From Diplonema japonicum (taxonomy: Eukaryota; Protista; Euglenozoa: Diplonemea), in contig OZ025688.1 in NCBI GenBank assembly GCA_964019335.1, positions 186,001-250,000 of the forward strand: 64,000 bases of DNA, given 5' to 3'. Both the position numbers and the translations under genes were made by a program. Each line of letters starts with the position of its first letter. Position 1 is the stretch's first letter. The notes below the pieces were generated by a model. It did not search any database and was not told the origin of the DNA. It worked only from the letters and a program-made list of their open reading frames with translations. Shown here in pieces: positions 21,196-31,925 of this stretch.

Positions 21196-22728
21196 ATGGA
21201 AGCAGTAGAAGGCTCATCCACCGAAAGTGCGATCACTCAGGTCGCTTTCGTGAGACAGCTTCCTATGATGTGCTCTGAGAAGGATTTGGAGATGTTGGGC
21301 GCTCCTTACGGACGGTATATAAAGAAGAAAAAAAATTTTTTTTTTGAATTTTTTTTCTATAGAGTGGTGGCAACAATGAAAGTCGAAGGGAAGCGAATCG
21401 GTTTCATCGAATTCGAAACCGTCGATCAATGCGTGACTGCCATTGAACAAAGTGCAGTCGAACCGCAAGCTATCCGAGGGCAAGTCGTGGAAATGAAACG
21501 TAGCGAGCGAACCAGGATCACAAGACCGATCCCCGGTACCGGCATGGTCCTCCTCGTAACAGTCGGCCCAAGCCCCCGATCTACATTAACACCATCGCTC
21601 GACGCTCTACCCGATACCCTGTACACATTCTTCACTTCAGTAACACCTTCAGTAGTGCGTATCGCCTGTTTTGAAAAAGCTGGGCAGGTTCAAGGTCTTG
21701 TAGAATTCGCCACACCGGAGGACGCGTCCCAAGCGAAGGTTGTTCTTGAAGGCAGCCCGCTTCCATCCGGCCATCCTGTTAAAATCCAAAACGCCAACAC
21801 CGAAGCACCCCTGAAGATTAATTTCCAAAACACGAAAAGCCGTGATTTCTCAGGCATGCTTCCAGGTGCAAACGGTATCGTAACCGGGCAGACAAACGCA
21901 CCTCTACCAAACGGGTCCGAACCAACAATTTTAAACCAAAGCCATCCTGCACGTGTAACAAACAGTGAAGGATGCGTGGTGCTGGTCTCAAGGCTGCCCG
22001 AGGGGAAGGGTGTCATGCCCTGCCATCTTTTCAAATTGTTTTCAACATGTGGCGATGTCATGCGAATTAAAATCCTTTACACAAAACGAGACTCTGCATT
22101 AGTACAGTTCAGAGAAGGCTGGCAGGCGAAGACCGCCCGGCAGCACTTAAACGGAATTACACTGTTTGGCTCGAAGGTCGTCGTGTCAAGCAGCAAACAA
22201 AAAGAAGTCACAATCCCACAAGCTGGAAGCTCACCCGAAGCATTTGAGCTGACCAGGGACTACAGCGATTCACTGTTGCACAGGTTTAGAGTACCAAACT
22301 CTAAGAACTTCAAGCACATAGTGTCGCCAAGCCATCTGCTCCACATTTGCAACATCCCCGAAGGCATGACAGACGAAATGATGAAGGAACTGCTGGGGCA
22401 GTATGGTACCGTGTGCAACTACCACTCTTTCAAGAATGATAAGAAAATGGGGATCGCGACTATGGATTCTACTGACGATGCGGTGTCGGTTCTGATCCAC
22501 CTCCATGCATCTCCTCTCCCTTCTCATCCCTCTTGCAAGCTTATTATCACTTTCTCTGATTACCGATCAAGGCAGAAGCCCACGCCCCCTACCCAGCAGC
22601 AGCAGCCGCCTGCTGCTCTGCGATCGCCATTGCCTGGACAACAACGGCCCATCGTTCTGAATACAGTGCCATCTATCCGAGCAGGATACTACCCTCACCA
22701 GCCTCTACAGGCTACACCAGGTTTGTGA
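21196..22728 (+). CDS. Polypyrimidine-tract-binding/hnRNP L-like four-RRM protein; in-frame intron 21315-21362
   Basis: FEKAGQVQGLVEF, LFKLFSTCGDVMRIKIL, DYSDSLLHRF and PSHLLHICNIP. A 48-nt GT..TAG homopolymer insert sits inside RRM1. Confidence 0.9.
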   Translation: MEAVEGSSTESAITQVAFVRQLPMMCSEKDLEMLGAPYGRYIKKKKNFFFEFFFYRVVATMKVEGKRIGFIEFETVDQCVTAIEQSAVEPQAIRGQVVEMKRSERTRITRPIPGTGMVLLVTVGPSPRSTLTPSLDALPDTLYTFFTSVTPSVVRIACFEKAGQVQGLVEFATPEDASQAKVVLEGSPLPSGHPVKIQNANTEAPLKINFQNTKSRDFSGMLPGANGIVTGQTNAPLPNGSEPTILNQSHPARVTNSEGCVVLVSRLPEGKGVMPCHLFKLFSTCGDVMRIKILYTKRDSALVQFREGWQAKTARQHLNGITLFGSKVVVSSSKQKEVTIPQAGSSPEAFELTRDYSDSLLHRFRVPNSKNFKHIVSPSHLLHICNIPEGMTDEMMKELLGQYGTVCNYHSFKNDKKMGIATMDSTDDAVSVLIHLHASPLPSHPSCKLIITFSDYRSRQKPTPPTQQQQPPAALRSPLPGQQRPIVLNTVPSIRAGYYPHQPLQATPGL

Positions 22729-22994
22729 ATGGGTTTTAATATTTAAAAAAAAAAAAAAAAAAAAAAAAACCCAGGCTACGTTGTGCAGTAAAGAAGAAAA
22801 AAAAAAAAAAAAAAAAAAAAACTGTGTAACTTGTTGGGGAGGGGAAGTAACCCCCCCTCTTTCTTTCGTTTTTTTTTTCTCTTTTCCAGTCTAGTCTTTC
22901 TTTCCTTATGCTTTCTTATTTTGTTTCGTCTCCTTTTTTTTTCTTTTTTGGTGGGAGGGCTTTTTTTTTCCTGTTTCAGAGTAGACCCTCCCCC

Positions 22995-23036
<42 letters not shown>

Positions 23037-23922
23037 TAAGCAAATAAAATAACTTCCTCTCTTCCCTTCTTCCTCTTCTTTCTTCTTTTTTTTTTTGTCC
23101 AACAAAAAAAAAGAAAAAGATCTTTCATTTTATCTCTCGCTTTCTATGTCTCTCCCTTCTCCCTTTCCCTCTCCCCCCCTCTACCTTTTGTTTCTTTTCT
23201 TTTTTTTTTCTTTCTTCTTTTTTAGCTAATCACATTTTATATTATTAAAAAAAAAGTCATCCTAAAGACCTTTTTTTTTTTCATTTATTGTTTTTTTTTT
23301 CTTTTTTACCACCTTGAGATAGTCTCGGATTTCTCTTTCTTTTTGTGCTCCTTTTTTTTTTTCTTCTTTTTTTTTCCTCAATACGTTTCTTATTCCAACT
23401 TTTCACCGCTGCTCGGCTTTCCCTTGAATTGCGTAAGCCCAGATCCATAATTCGGGCATTCGTTGTGAATTGAACTTGATGTATGAGATTCCCACCCTGT
23501 TTCGTGCACTTTTGCAGTAACTCACTGCTACTCAACGTGCTCTTATCCCCCTTGGGAGAACTCATATAATTTAAAGGGACAGCAAACAGAAAACGGGACG
23601 AAGAAGGAGAGGGGGGGAAAAAAAAATCAAAGGGGTGAAAGATAGGAACTCTTGATGACCGAGGAGGGAGGGGGTGGCTCCAAAAAAAATTTTTTTTCTC
23701 TATTTTCATTTTCTTTTTTTTTGTTGAATTCTAAAAAAGGGGGCAAAACCCGAGGGGGGGGCAAAAAAAAATCGAGGGCGGGGAAAAGAGGGGGGTCAGG
23801 TTAGATTTGTTTGTAGTTCAAAATAAAAGGTAACGGCTGTAAAAAAAAAAAAAGAAAGAAGAAGAAAAAAAAAACAATGCGTGGCCCATCCCTTTCCTTG
23901 AGGCCTCTCTCTTAGCCCTCTA

Positions 23923-23963
<41 letters not shown>

Positions 23964-24087
23964 CTCCCATCTTTTGTAAGTTCAAAGTTTAACGAATTTG
24001 TTTTCAAAGCCGCAAACTGCATAAACAAGCGGGACCGAAAAAAAAAAACTATAATACAATCACTGGGGAAGCAATTTTTTTTTTTTA

Positions 24088-24178
24088 TTCCCTTAGCTGG
24101 TGGGCACAGCACGTGTGAGTGAACTGCCCGAGCGAAGCGAGGGTCACGCACTCGTGATGTTACCACCAGGTGAGGAAT
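24088..24178. repeat. Long imperfect hairpin centred on CGAGCGAAGCGAG; probable element-end remnant
   Basis: ATTCCCTTAGCTGGTGG pairs with CCACCAGGTGAGGAAT; the same core motif occurs at about 55428-55440. Confidence 0.55.
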
Positions 24179-24202
24179 GTGAAGCCGGGTGCTACTGAGG
24201 AC

Positions 24203-24446
24203 TAACTATTTATTAGTGAAAGTAAGATAGTATGCCTTTCACGCGTGGTGGCAGTGGTTAACATGTCACCACAAGTGGAAAATCGGATCAATATTTTTCA
24301 CTAAATCCGTTGTTTTATTTAACGTCAGTCAAGTAATTTTCATTCCTGCACTTGTTTTTCTCCTACAACAAAGCCCTGAAATCTAGCGCTGGAAAAAAAA
24401 AAATAAAAAGTGAGATATTATATTGTGAAAAATCTGACTGGTGTTA
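24203..24446. mobile_element. Mini non-autonomous element; deletion derivative of the 55347-56084 element
   Basis: Shares TAACTATTTATT.., TTCACGCGTGGTGGCAGTGGTT, CACTAAATCCGTTGTTTTATTTAACGTCAGTCA, AAGTAATTTTCATT and the terminal AAAATCTGACTGG.GTTA with 55347-56084. Confidence 0.85.
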
Positions 24447-24779
24447 AATGAAAAAAAAAAAAAAAATGAAAAAAAATAGAAAATAAAAACCATATAAAAG
24501 ATATAAAAGATTGAAAGAGACGGGAAAAAAAAATGAAAAAAAAGGGAGAAAAAAAAAAAAAGCGCTTTTTATTTAACCGTTTTGTTCGCATGTAGCCAAA
24601 AAGGAGTTAACGTGAGACCCCCCCCCCCCCCCCGGTAAATAAAAAACACGAAAATGAAAAAAAAAATACGAAAACCCCTTTGGTCCGCTGGATCGGATTG
24701 TCTTCTTCTTTTTTCTTTTTTTTTTTCCTTTTTTTTTTTTCATTCTCATTTTATTCGTAGAGAAAAAAAGAAAAGCAAA

Positions 24780-25254
24780 ATGGGGCAAGGAAATGGCAAA
24801 GTTGCAGCTTCCCAGTTAGGAGTTGAAGGGAAAAACCACATGCAGGAAGTGATGGCAGAAGACGAAAATTTGGTGTACAGAAGAAGCATTATGCATTTGA
24901 AGCAAGACGCCCACCAGGAAATCGACAGGAAGGTAACGGAAAAACTGAGATTTTGCTGCGAAGAAAAGTGGAAGAACTATCTGCGGTGCATGGAAGGCAG
25001 GAGCATGTCGAAAACACCCGAGTGTGAGGCGTACCGGGAAGTGGCAAACGTTTGTGTGGAAAAACTCGATAAAGGCAGAATCAAAGCTACTATGCAGAAG
25101 CGATATGTAATGGGGTTTATCCAGGTATTCCCAAACCCTTTCAAAAAAAAAAAAAAAAAAAAAAAAGGGCGAATCAAGAACCCGAAGCTCCATCCAAATC
25201 GGATCCTGGCGAGAAATACTCGAAGAAGAGCAAAAAACCAACATTACCAACTAG
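24780..25254 (+). CDS. Twin CX9C protein, Cmc1/Cmc2-like; intron 25125-25167
   Basis: CEEKWKNYLRC..CEAYREVANVC twin CX9C. Splicing of the poly-A intron gives ..GFIQGESR..TNITN*. Confidence 0.8.
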
Positions 25255-25336
25255 CTCTGAAGAGCAGTATAAAAAAAAAAAAAAGATTTTTTTTTTTTGT
25301 CAAACTTCCTCGATCCATATTCTACAAGACAACAAC

Positions 25337-25364
<28 letters not shown>

Positions 25365-25367
<3 letters not shown>

Positions 25368-25610
25368 TCTCCACAGTACCCCACACGGGATGCGCCAGCC
25401 CGCCCATCTCCCTTCTTAATCCTTGCCATTCTGTGGTCTGTGACTGGTCCAAGCCTTGCCTACATAGCATGGTGGGCAATGGGAACCGACTCAGCAAACG
25501 AGCTAGGAGGGGGTCTGAGGGTAGCCATGGCGGTCCCTTTAGGCATGCCCATGCTGTTCGTACTGTCGTACATAAGCTGGGTGGGAAGCAAGTTTTTCGT
25601 ACACAACTAA
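25365..25610 (+). CDS. PIGY: PIG-Y/Eri1-like GPI-GlcNAc transferase subunit
   Basis: 81 aa with two TM segments; C-terminal WVGSKFFVHN matches the PIG-Y W.G.K.F.HN end. Confidence 0.75.
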
Positions 25611-25661
25611 AAAAAAAAAAAAAAAAGGACCAAAAAAAAAAAATTCGTTTTTTTTTAAAAA

Positions 25662-26786
25662 ATGCTGCGGCGAACAAAAAGCATCGCGAGCATAGTGCAT
25701 GCCCTCAGGGCGGGAAGGGGCGAAACAGTTAAACCGCAAAAAATCGAACCGACCGCCAACCGCCGACGAAAAGACACTTCAGCGAATACTTCAGCAGCAA
25801 TCGAGTCCTCTCTTAATCAACGTTTTAACACAACAGAATCTCTGGACAAAGGTGGTCTTTTCGCATTTTTAAACGCTGTTGTAACAAGCAACCCAACCCT
25901 GGCTCCCGCTGCGGTTTCAGCGTGCGTTACAATTATATTCAAGCACTCGGCGACCCCGGAGGACGATTTCGAAAAACTCCGTGCATTCGCAACGGAGCGA
26001 CGGATACCCAAGACGGCACAGTTCTACGCTAACTGCATCCGATCTGGCGCGAAGAATCTTTCGGACGTTGAAGCTGTTCTGGACCACATCCGGGGGACAA
26101 CAGCGTTCAACACCAATATTTTCCAAGCAGTCTGTGATGGTATTGAAAACAACAACATCGTCTCGAAACGTGGGGTCGACTACGCCTGGGCTCTGATGAA
26201 AGAAATTGAATCACAGCATCCACCGACAAGACAAGACTGCATGCGGCTCGCAGTTTTATGCGAAAACCCGCAGGACGCTTACAAGGTGGTGAAAAAAACC
26301 GCAGACGTCATTAAAAATCAACGTGAATACGCCAAAAGAATCATCGACAAGGCGATCCTTCAAGGATGCTCCACCATCAAAGAACTACGAACTCTCTTAA
26401 ACAGACTGGTCAAGGATAAACTAATACGAGGCATATCAGACCACTCGCATCTATTTGTAGATATTGCGATCAAGCAGGACGACTTCGGCCTTGCGAAAGA
26501 CAGTTTTCAACGCGCGCCTGTGAAAACACAGAAGCTCTACCTCTCTATGCTGAGGGGTGTTTGTGCGAACGTCGTGGAGCCGAATGATGGGTTCTGTCTT
26601 CTAGCCGACGATCTTGTTGAAGAAGCACTGTCGCAAGAAGCCTCCCGTGTGTCCCCCGAAACCATCCTCTCGCAATGTGCCAGGATCTTCGAAACCGCGG
26701 ACCCCGCCCGTGCGGAGCGGTACCGATCCCGCCACCAACAGCTTTCCAGCAAGGCTTTAAAAAATAGTGCAACGAAACAGGAATAA
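25662..26786 (+). CDS. Hypothetical helical-repeat (PPR-like) protein, possibly mitochondrial
   Basis: MLRRTKS presequence-like start; alpha-helical repeat character. Confidence 0.7.
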   Translation: MLRRTKSIASIVHALRAGRGETVKPQKIEPTANRRRKDTSANTSAAIESSLNQRFNTTESLDKGGLFAFLNAVVTSNPTLAPAAVSACVTIIFKHSATPEDDFEKLRAFATERRIPKTAQFYANCIRSGAKNLSDVEAVLDHIRGTTAFNTNIFQAVCDGIENNNIVSKRGVDYAWALMKEIESQHPPTRQDCMRLAVLCENPQDAYKVVKKTADVIKNQREYAKRIIDKAILQGCSTIKELRTLLNRLVKDKLIRGISDHSHLFVDIAIKQDDFGLAKDSFQRAPVKTQKLYLSMLRGVCANVVEPNDGFCLLADDLVEEALSQEASRVSPETILSQCARIFETADPARAERYRSRHQQLSSKALKNSATKQE

Positions 26787-26892
26787 GAATAGAAGGGGGG
26801 GGGGAAAAAACCCTCCGTTTTTGTTTTTTGCTTTTTGTTTTGTTTTTATTGTAAACAGTTACAATAGGATATTTCTTTTAAAAAAAAAAAAC

Positions 26893-28311
26893 ATGGTAAA
26901 GCTTATCTGTGCCATGGTGGCTGCGATGCTGGTCACTGCAACGGAAGGGGCCGGAAACTACGTGGGCGGGTACCTCCTTGTGCAAGACGTTCAGCAGCTG
27001 AAGGTGCTTGCGAGCAAAGCGTCGACCCTCCCTGTGAACAGGATGTGGCTGTCGTTCGTGTCGCCGACGATGCTGTACGTGAACGGGTCGCACACCCTTG
27101 TCGGGACGGGGCTGAACCTCACATCTGCCGCAGACGGCGGGTTCGCGGAAGTGCAGCAGTACGTGAAGCAGTTGGAGGCAGGCGGGGTGGAGACCTTCCT
27201 GTCGATGGGGGGGTGGAACTACAACTGCTACCCGTACCTGTACATGCGCTACTCGGTTGGGGGCTACGGGACAAGCACTCCGAACTATTGGAAGATCCAG
27301 GAGTTCGGCGGTGGCAGCGTGAGCGGCTGCACAAAGGGCAACCAGTACTGCTATGTCTGCGAGCCGCCCTCGCAGCACACCTCGCTCGACAAGTCCTTCT
27401 CCATCTTCCCTGAACCCGCGCACTCGGTGTCGTGGAAGGCCGCAAAACAATACGTGGCGGCAGGTGCCAACGGCGTGGCCCCGCAGTGGAACGAGAACAT
27501 GGTCCCCGGGCAGCAGTGGACGGACCCTAAGACAGGGATCGTGACCCTGGTGCCAGGGATGACGGCGTACCTGGCGGCAGGGAGGAACCCTTACGAGGAC
27601 ATCGTGCACCTTGCGAAGGATCTGGGGTGCGCAGGGGTGGACGTCGACTACGAGGAGATGTGGCACGCCGACACCTTCAAGACGGGGACGGGGCCTTGGG
27701 ACCTGCAGCAGACCGTGTACAAGTACGCGGCGATCCTGAAGAACGTGGAGGCAACGATGAGGATGGTAGCACCGAAGATGAAGCTGTCGACGGCAGCCGG
27801 GGCTGTGGGGGCGTGGGGTGGCAACTGGTGGGGTGGGAACCTGAAGGGTGTGTGGCTCAAGGTGAACCAGGCCTACCCAGACCTCATGAGCTTCATGGCC
27901 AGCGGCGCCAACTCTGGCGGAGTGAACGTGATGACCTATGACCTGAGCTCGAACGAGCAGTACCACGAGTGCCCGCAGCCCGGGGTGTGCCAGCTGGACC
28001 AGCAGGTTGCCTTCTACATGAACACCTACCAACAAGTTCCCATTGCTGCGGCTGTTGGTTACGAGATCGGGACCCCCGCCTACCCGGACCCGAAGCATGA
28101 CCCCACACACCAGCTCCCCCTCACCACCCAGATGATGGACAACATCATCTCGCAGACCCAGTCTTCTCATACAGGCGGTTTCTTCTGGGAAATGTATAAG
28201 CCTGCACAGGCTGGGCAGGCCACCCCTACCCAGCTAGCCCAGGCGCTCTGCAAGAAACTTCTTCCGGGCAGCTCCAGGTGTGCGGGTGTGATCCCTCCTT
28301 GGAAGCAGTGA
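26893..28311 (+). CDS. Secreted GH18-like chitinase
   Basis: Signal peptide; LSMGGW; GVDVDYEE (DxDxE); NVMTYD; GGFFW. Confidence 0.85.
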   Translation: MVKLICAMVAAMLVTATEGAGNYVGGYLLVQDVQQLKVLASKASTLPVNRMWLSFVSPTMLYVNGSHTLVGTGLNLTSAADGGFAEVQQYVKQLEAGGVETFLSMGGWNYNCYPYLYMRYSVGGYGTSTPNYWKIQEFGGGSVSGCTKGNQYCYVCEPPSQHTSLDKSFSIFPEPAHSVSWKAAKQYVAAGANGVAPQWNENMVPGQQWTDPKTGIVTLVPGMTAYLAAGRNPYEDIVHLAKDLGCAGVDVDYEEMWHADTFKTGTGPWDLQQTVYKYAAILKNVEATMRMVAPKMKLSTAAGAVGAWGGNWWGGNLKGVWLKVNQAYPDLMSFMASGANSGGVNVMTYDLSSNEQYHECPQPGVCQLDQQVAFYMNTYQQVPIAAAVGYEIGTPAYPDPKHDPTHQLPLTTQMMDNIISQTQSSHTGGFFWEMYKPAQAGQATPTQLAQALCKKLLPGSSRCAGVIPPWKQ

Positions 28312-28611
28312 ACAGGTGGATTATTAAAACAACAACAAAAAAAAAAAAAGATAACGTTTTTTTTTTCTTCTTCTTTTACTCGATATTTTTTAAATTTATT
28401 TTTATTGTGCTCTTCCCCCCCCCATTTTTTTCTCTTTCCAACAGTGGTAAAAATGTCAAATGAATATCTTCCAACACTCCTTTTTTTTTCCCTTCTTCTT
28501 CTTCTCCTCCCTCTCCAGCAGTGCGTAATATACAAATTTCTTTTTTTTTAAAAAAAGAAAACCCTACCACCGTCCACAAAAAAACTATAAAAGAAAAAAA
28601 AAAAAGAAAAA

Positions 28612-29534
28612 ATGGCGACCGCTGTGCACATGCAACCATCACTCTTTGACAACGATGAAGCAGGTGGTGATGACGAAGATGTGAAGAAATTCATGGCGCC
28701 GATACCGATGATAGACACATACAAGCCGGTTCAGGGCGATTTCGAAAATGACACCGACCGGTATAAAGCGGACATGAAGAACCTTCCCGACGCCCTGACA
28801 AATGAGGAAATGAACGTAGACATAGGTTCATTCGCACTAGCGATGATGAAGGGGATGAAACGACGGGACGGGTCGCAGTGGAAGGAAGGTGAAGGCCTGG
28901 GGTCCGGAGGAGGCGGAATGGTAGAAGCTATGGTTGCCGTACCCAAACAAAAGGGAGCCGGGCTCGGCTCAGAAGCGTCGAATCTGGTCGAACGCAATAA
29001 AAAACTATCAAACGGCGAGACGCACCGAGGACAGCTCGTAGCACAGGGCAACAAACCGAGAAATTACGTCGGTGTCAGCGAAAAACTAGTGAAAAGAAAA
29101 ATCGTTGAAAAGGGCGCAAAAGTTGTTATTACAGCGGGCCCTCACGAAGGTGAGCATGCAATTATTTTCACAATGGAGGAAACCGGTTCTGCTCCACGAA
29201 AAGATGACAAAATCACCATCCAACTCCTCTGCTCCGGTGCCACCCTCACCATTCCCTACGGTGCCGTTCGCCTCTACACCCACACCGACGACACGCGAAA
29301 GCGTTACCAAGACACTGAGGAGGACCAACAGGCTGTTCTCCGTAAGAAGCGGCGCCCCACAGCGCCGCTTACGTGGGTTATACAGCCTGGTATTTTAGTT
29401 CGTTACATTACCAAGGGTGAGCACTATAATAAGAAATATCCGGTTTTGGATGTCACTTCCCCTTATGATTTCACCTTGAAAACTTTGAACGGTGTTTTGG
29501 AGGGAGTTACAGAGAGCGAGGTATGTGGTGTTGG

Positions 29535-29568
<34 letters not shown>

Positions 29569-29797
29569 TGGAAACTGTAATCCCCCGTGAACCAGGTGCA
29601 AAATTACTGGTTCTGACCGGGAAGAAGAAAGGCCAAGAGGGCATGTTGGTTAAGAGGCAAAAAGAGAAGGAGAAGGTTTGGTAAAAAAAAAAAAAAAAAT
29701 AATAATAATAATAAAATAAAAAAAGGTTGTTGTTCGATTCTCAGGATCGCACACAAAAACTTATACATTCACTTACTATGAAGTTTGCTCTCTGTGA
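28612..29797 (+). CDS. G-patch and KOW domain protein (GPKOW/Spp2-like); introns 29521-29567 and 29676-29725
   Basis: G-patch FALAMMKGM..WKEGEGLG..GAGLG; KOW motif VVITAGPHEG; spliced exons give VETVIP..LVLTGKKKGQEG..YYEVCSL*. Confidence 0.88.
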
Positions 29798-30309
29798 GGG
29801 GATGAAAAGGTGAAAACAAAAAAAAAAAGAAAAAAAAATAAGAATTACTTCGATAGCCGCCCCTCCCCTTTTTTTTTAAAAAGAAGGAGGGGGGGAGGCT
29901 CGTTAAAGGCAATAGGGAGTAAAACGTTTTACACCTGTTACTGAATTTCCTTTTATTTTTTTATAATTTTTTTTTTATATTCTTGCTAACCTTGTTTTCC
30001 TTCCTTCACTTTTTTTCTTCTTTTTTTCTGTGTACTGGTGTAAAAACCGCTTTTTTTTTTATATCTTCTTAGTTTACTGTTTTTTTTTCTTTTCTTTTTT
30101 TTTTTCTTCCTTTTTTATATTTTTTTTCCAAATTATTATTGGTGGGTGTGTTTCCGACACTACTCTTCCCATCATAGTGATTTTTTTTTTCTTTTTTTTT
30201 TCATTCATCCACGGATCACAGTTTCTTTTTTTCTTCTTTTTTTTTTATTTAACACGCTGCTATGTTAGTTCGACACTTCTTTTGTTTTTGTTTAGTTTTT
30301 TTTTTGTGT

Positions 30310-30346
<37 letters not shown>

Positions 30347-30397
30347 AGGCCTTGAAAAAAAAAAGAGAAGAAAAAAAAAAAGAAAAAAAAGAGAAAA

Positions 30398-30874
30398 ATG
30401 ACACGCAAAACCAAAGGAGTATTCCTGGATTTCGATAGTAAAGAGGAGAGTGAAAAAAAGAAGAAGCAAAAAATCATCGAGATGGTAGGAGATGAAGGGA
30501 AAGATGACGAAGAAAAGAAAACAGAAGCCGTAAAAGCGAGTGCAAAAGAATTTATTGAGATGATGAGAAGCGCACCAGCTCCGGAGTGCATTGAAGACCC
30601 GCAGAAGGACGACGAAAAAGAGGAGATTGAGATTTCACTAGCGATGGATGATCTAAAGGAGGTCTCAGCGCTAGCAACGTCGGCAAAGCCTTCCACTAAA
30701 TCAGGCTTGCTCCTCCCAACCGGAGCAACATCTCAATGGGAATCTGAAGTCCAGCTAAAGCAAGCCTCAGCCATGACAAATCTGTTGCTATCACTTTTCG
30801 AGAAGGATTCTGAAGCCGGAAGCCTCGAAGACTCTTCCTCAGCCTCTACACGAGAAAATGACGATGATCTATAA
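30398..30874 (+). CDS. Hypothetical acidic protein
   Basis: 158-aa ORF with ATG after an A-run and coding-like composition. Confidence 0.7.
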   Translation: MTRKTKGVFLDFDSKEESEKKKKQKIIEMVGDEGKDDEEKKTEAVKASAKEFIEMMRSAPAPECIEDPQKDDEKEEIEISLAMDDLKEVSALATSAKPSTKSGLLLPTGATSQWESEVQLKQASAMTNLLLSLFEKDSEAGSLEDSSSASTRENDDDL

Positions 30875-30990
30875 GGGAGAAAAAAAAAAAAAAAAGGGGA
30901 GGGAAACCAATCAGATGTGTTCCATAGAAAAAAAAAAATTATTTTATTTCTTTTTTTTTGTGTTTCATTTTTTTGTCAAATTGTGGTACA

Positions 30991-31031
<41 letters not shown>

Positions 31032-31296
31032 AACTATGGTGTGTCAAAAAAAAAAAATCTTTTTTTTTTTTTTTTTTGCGCCCAAACAAAAAAATTTTCA
31101 TTTTGTTATGATGTGTGATAAGTGGCCGGAAGAGGTTCGCAGGGTTAATGCCCTTACAACCCCCCGTGCCGACAAGCAACGATTGAAGTACCGTAGAAAC
31201 CGGGGACAACCAAAAGGATGGCGATCGTTGTCCACAAAAAAAAATTTTTTTTTTTTGGAAGAAAAAAAAAAATCATAGGCGGGTGAAGGGGGAGGG

Positions 31297-31815
31297 GTGG
31301 TTGTGGAAATGCCCCCATTCTACGAAAAGAACCGCGTGAGGCCGGACGTTCTCTCCATGAAGCTCATGGGAGGGGCCATGCTTGAAAGCTGCCTAGACGA
31401 GGTGGCAAACAAACAGGACAAATGGCCGCTAGGAGGAAAAGGCTTGGGTGCACCTGCAAAGGCAACAAAGGTAGTAACCGTTCACCCATGGATGTACAAC
31501 GGTGAACAGCTGGTCGTTGCATCGAGGGGGTTCCGCAGGTTACAAGGTAAAAGTGAGAAAACAACCAAAGGAAGCGCGTACATACCACTCCACCCAAAAT
31601 GCCCCCCGTCGATAAGGAGCAAGGACACCGTGAAGTTCTTCGACCTCTGCAACCCAGCGAACTCCACATACAGAACCCTGCACACAAAGGTCCCCCCAGC
31701 AGCGGGGTTTCTAAAAAGAAAAAAACCACAACAACCCGAAACCTCACGGGGATGTTTTAAACGGTACCACCCATTGCTCCCCGTGTTGGAGAAAATGCTG
31801 GGGAAGAGCCGGTGA
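31297..31815 (+). CDS. Hypothetical protein; 5' end uncertain (possible upstream exon near 31108-31230)
   Basis: Complex ORF starting after an AG at 31278; I could not resolve a consistent upstream splice. Confidence 0.55.
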   Translation: MVVEMPPFYEKNRVRPDVLSMKLMGGAMLESCLDEVANKQDKWPLGGKGLGAPAKATKVVTVHPWMYNGEQLVVASRGFRRLQGKSEKTTKGSAYIPLHPKCPPSIRSKDTVKFFDLCNPANSTYRTLHTKVPPAAGFLKRKKPQQPETSRGCFKRYHPLLPVLEKMLGKSR

Positions 31816-31925
31816 CAGTTTTTTTTTTTTCCTTCCGGAAGAGACCGCTTTTTTCTACTTTTTTTTAGTACTTATTTCCCCAATTATTATCCTCCATCAT
31901 CAGGGGGAGAGAGGGGTAACCTTAT

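Noticed and set aside
23281-23709. Minus-strand ORF with a complex core
   Set aside because: No recognisable domain, flanked by homopolymers and against the cluster direction; may be UTR.
24654-25610. Single 318-aa ORF
   Set aside because: Chance read-through of an intron and spacer joining two genes (Cmc1-like and PIG-Y-like).
26878-28170. 430-aa minus-strand ORF
   Set aside because: Antisense shadow of the GC3-rich GH18 gene; no motif.
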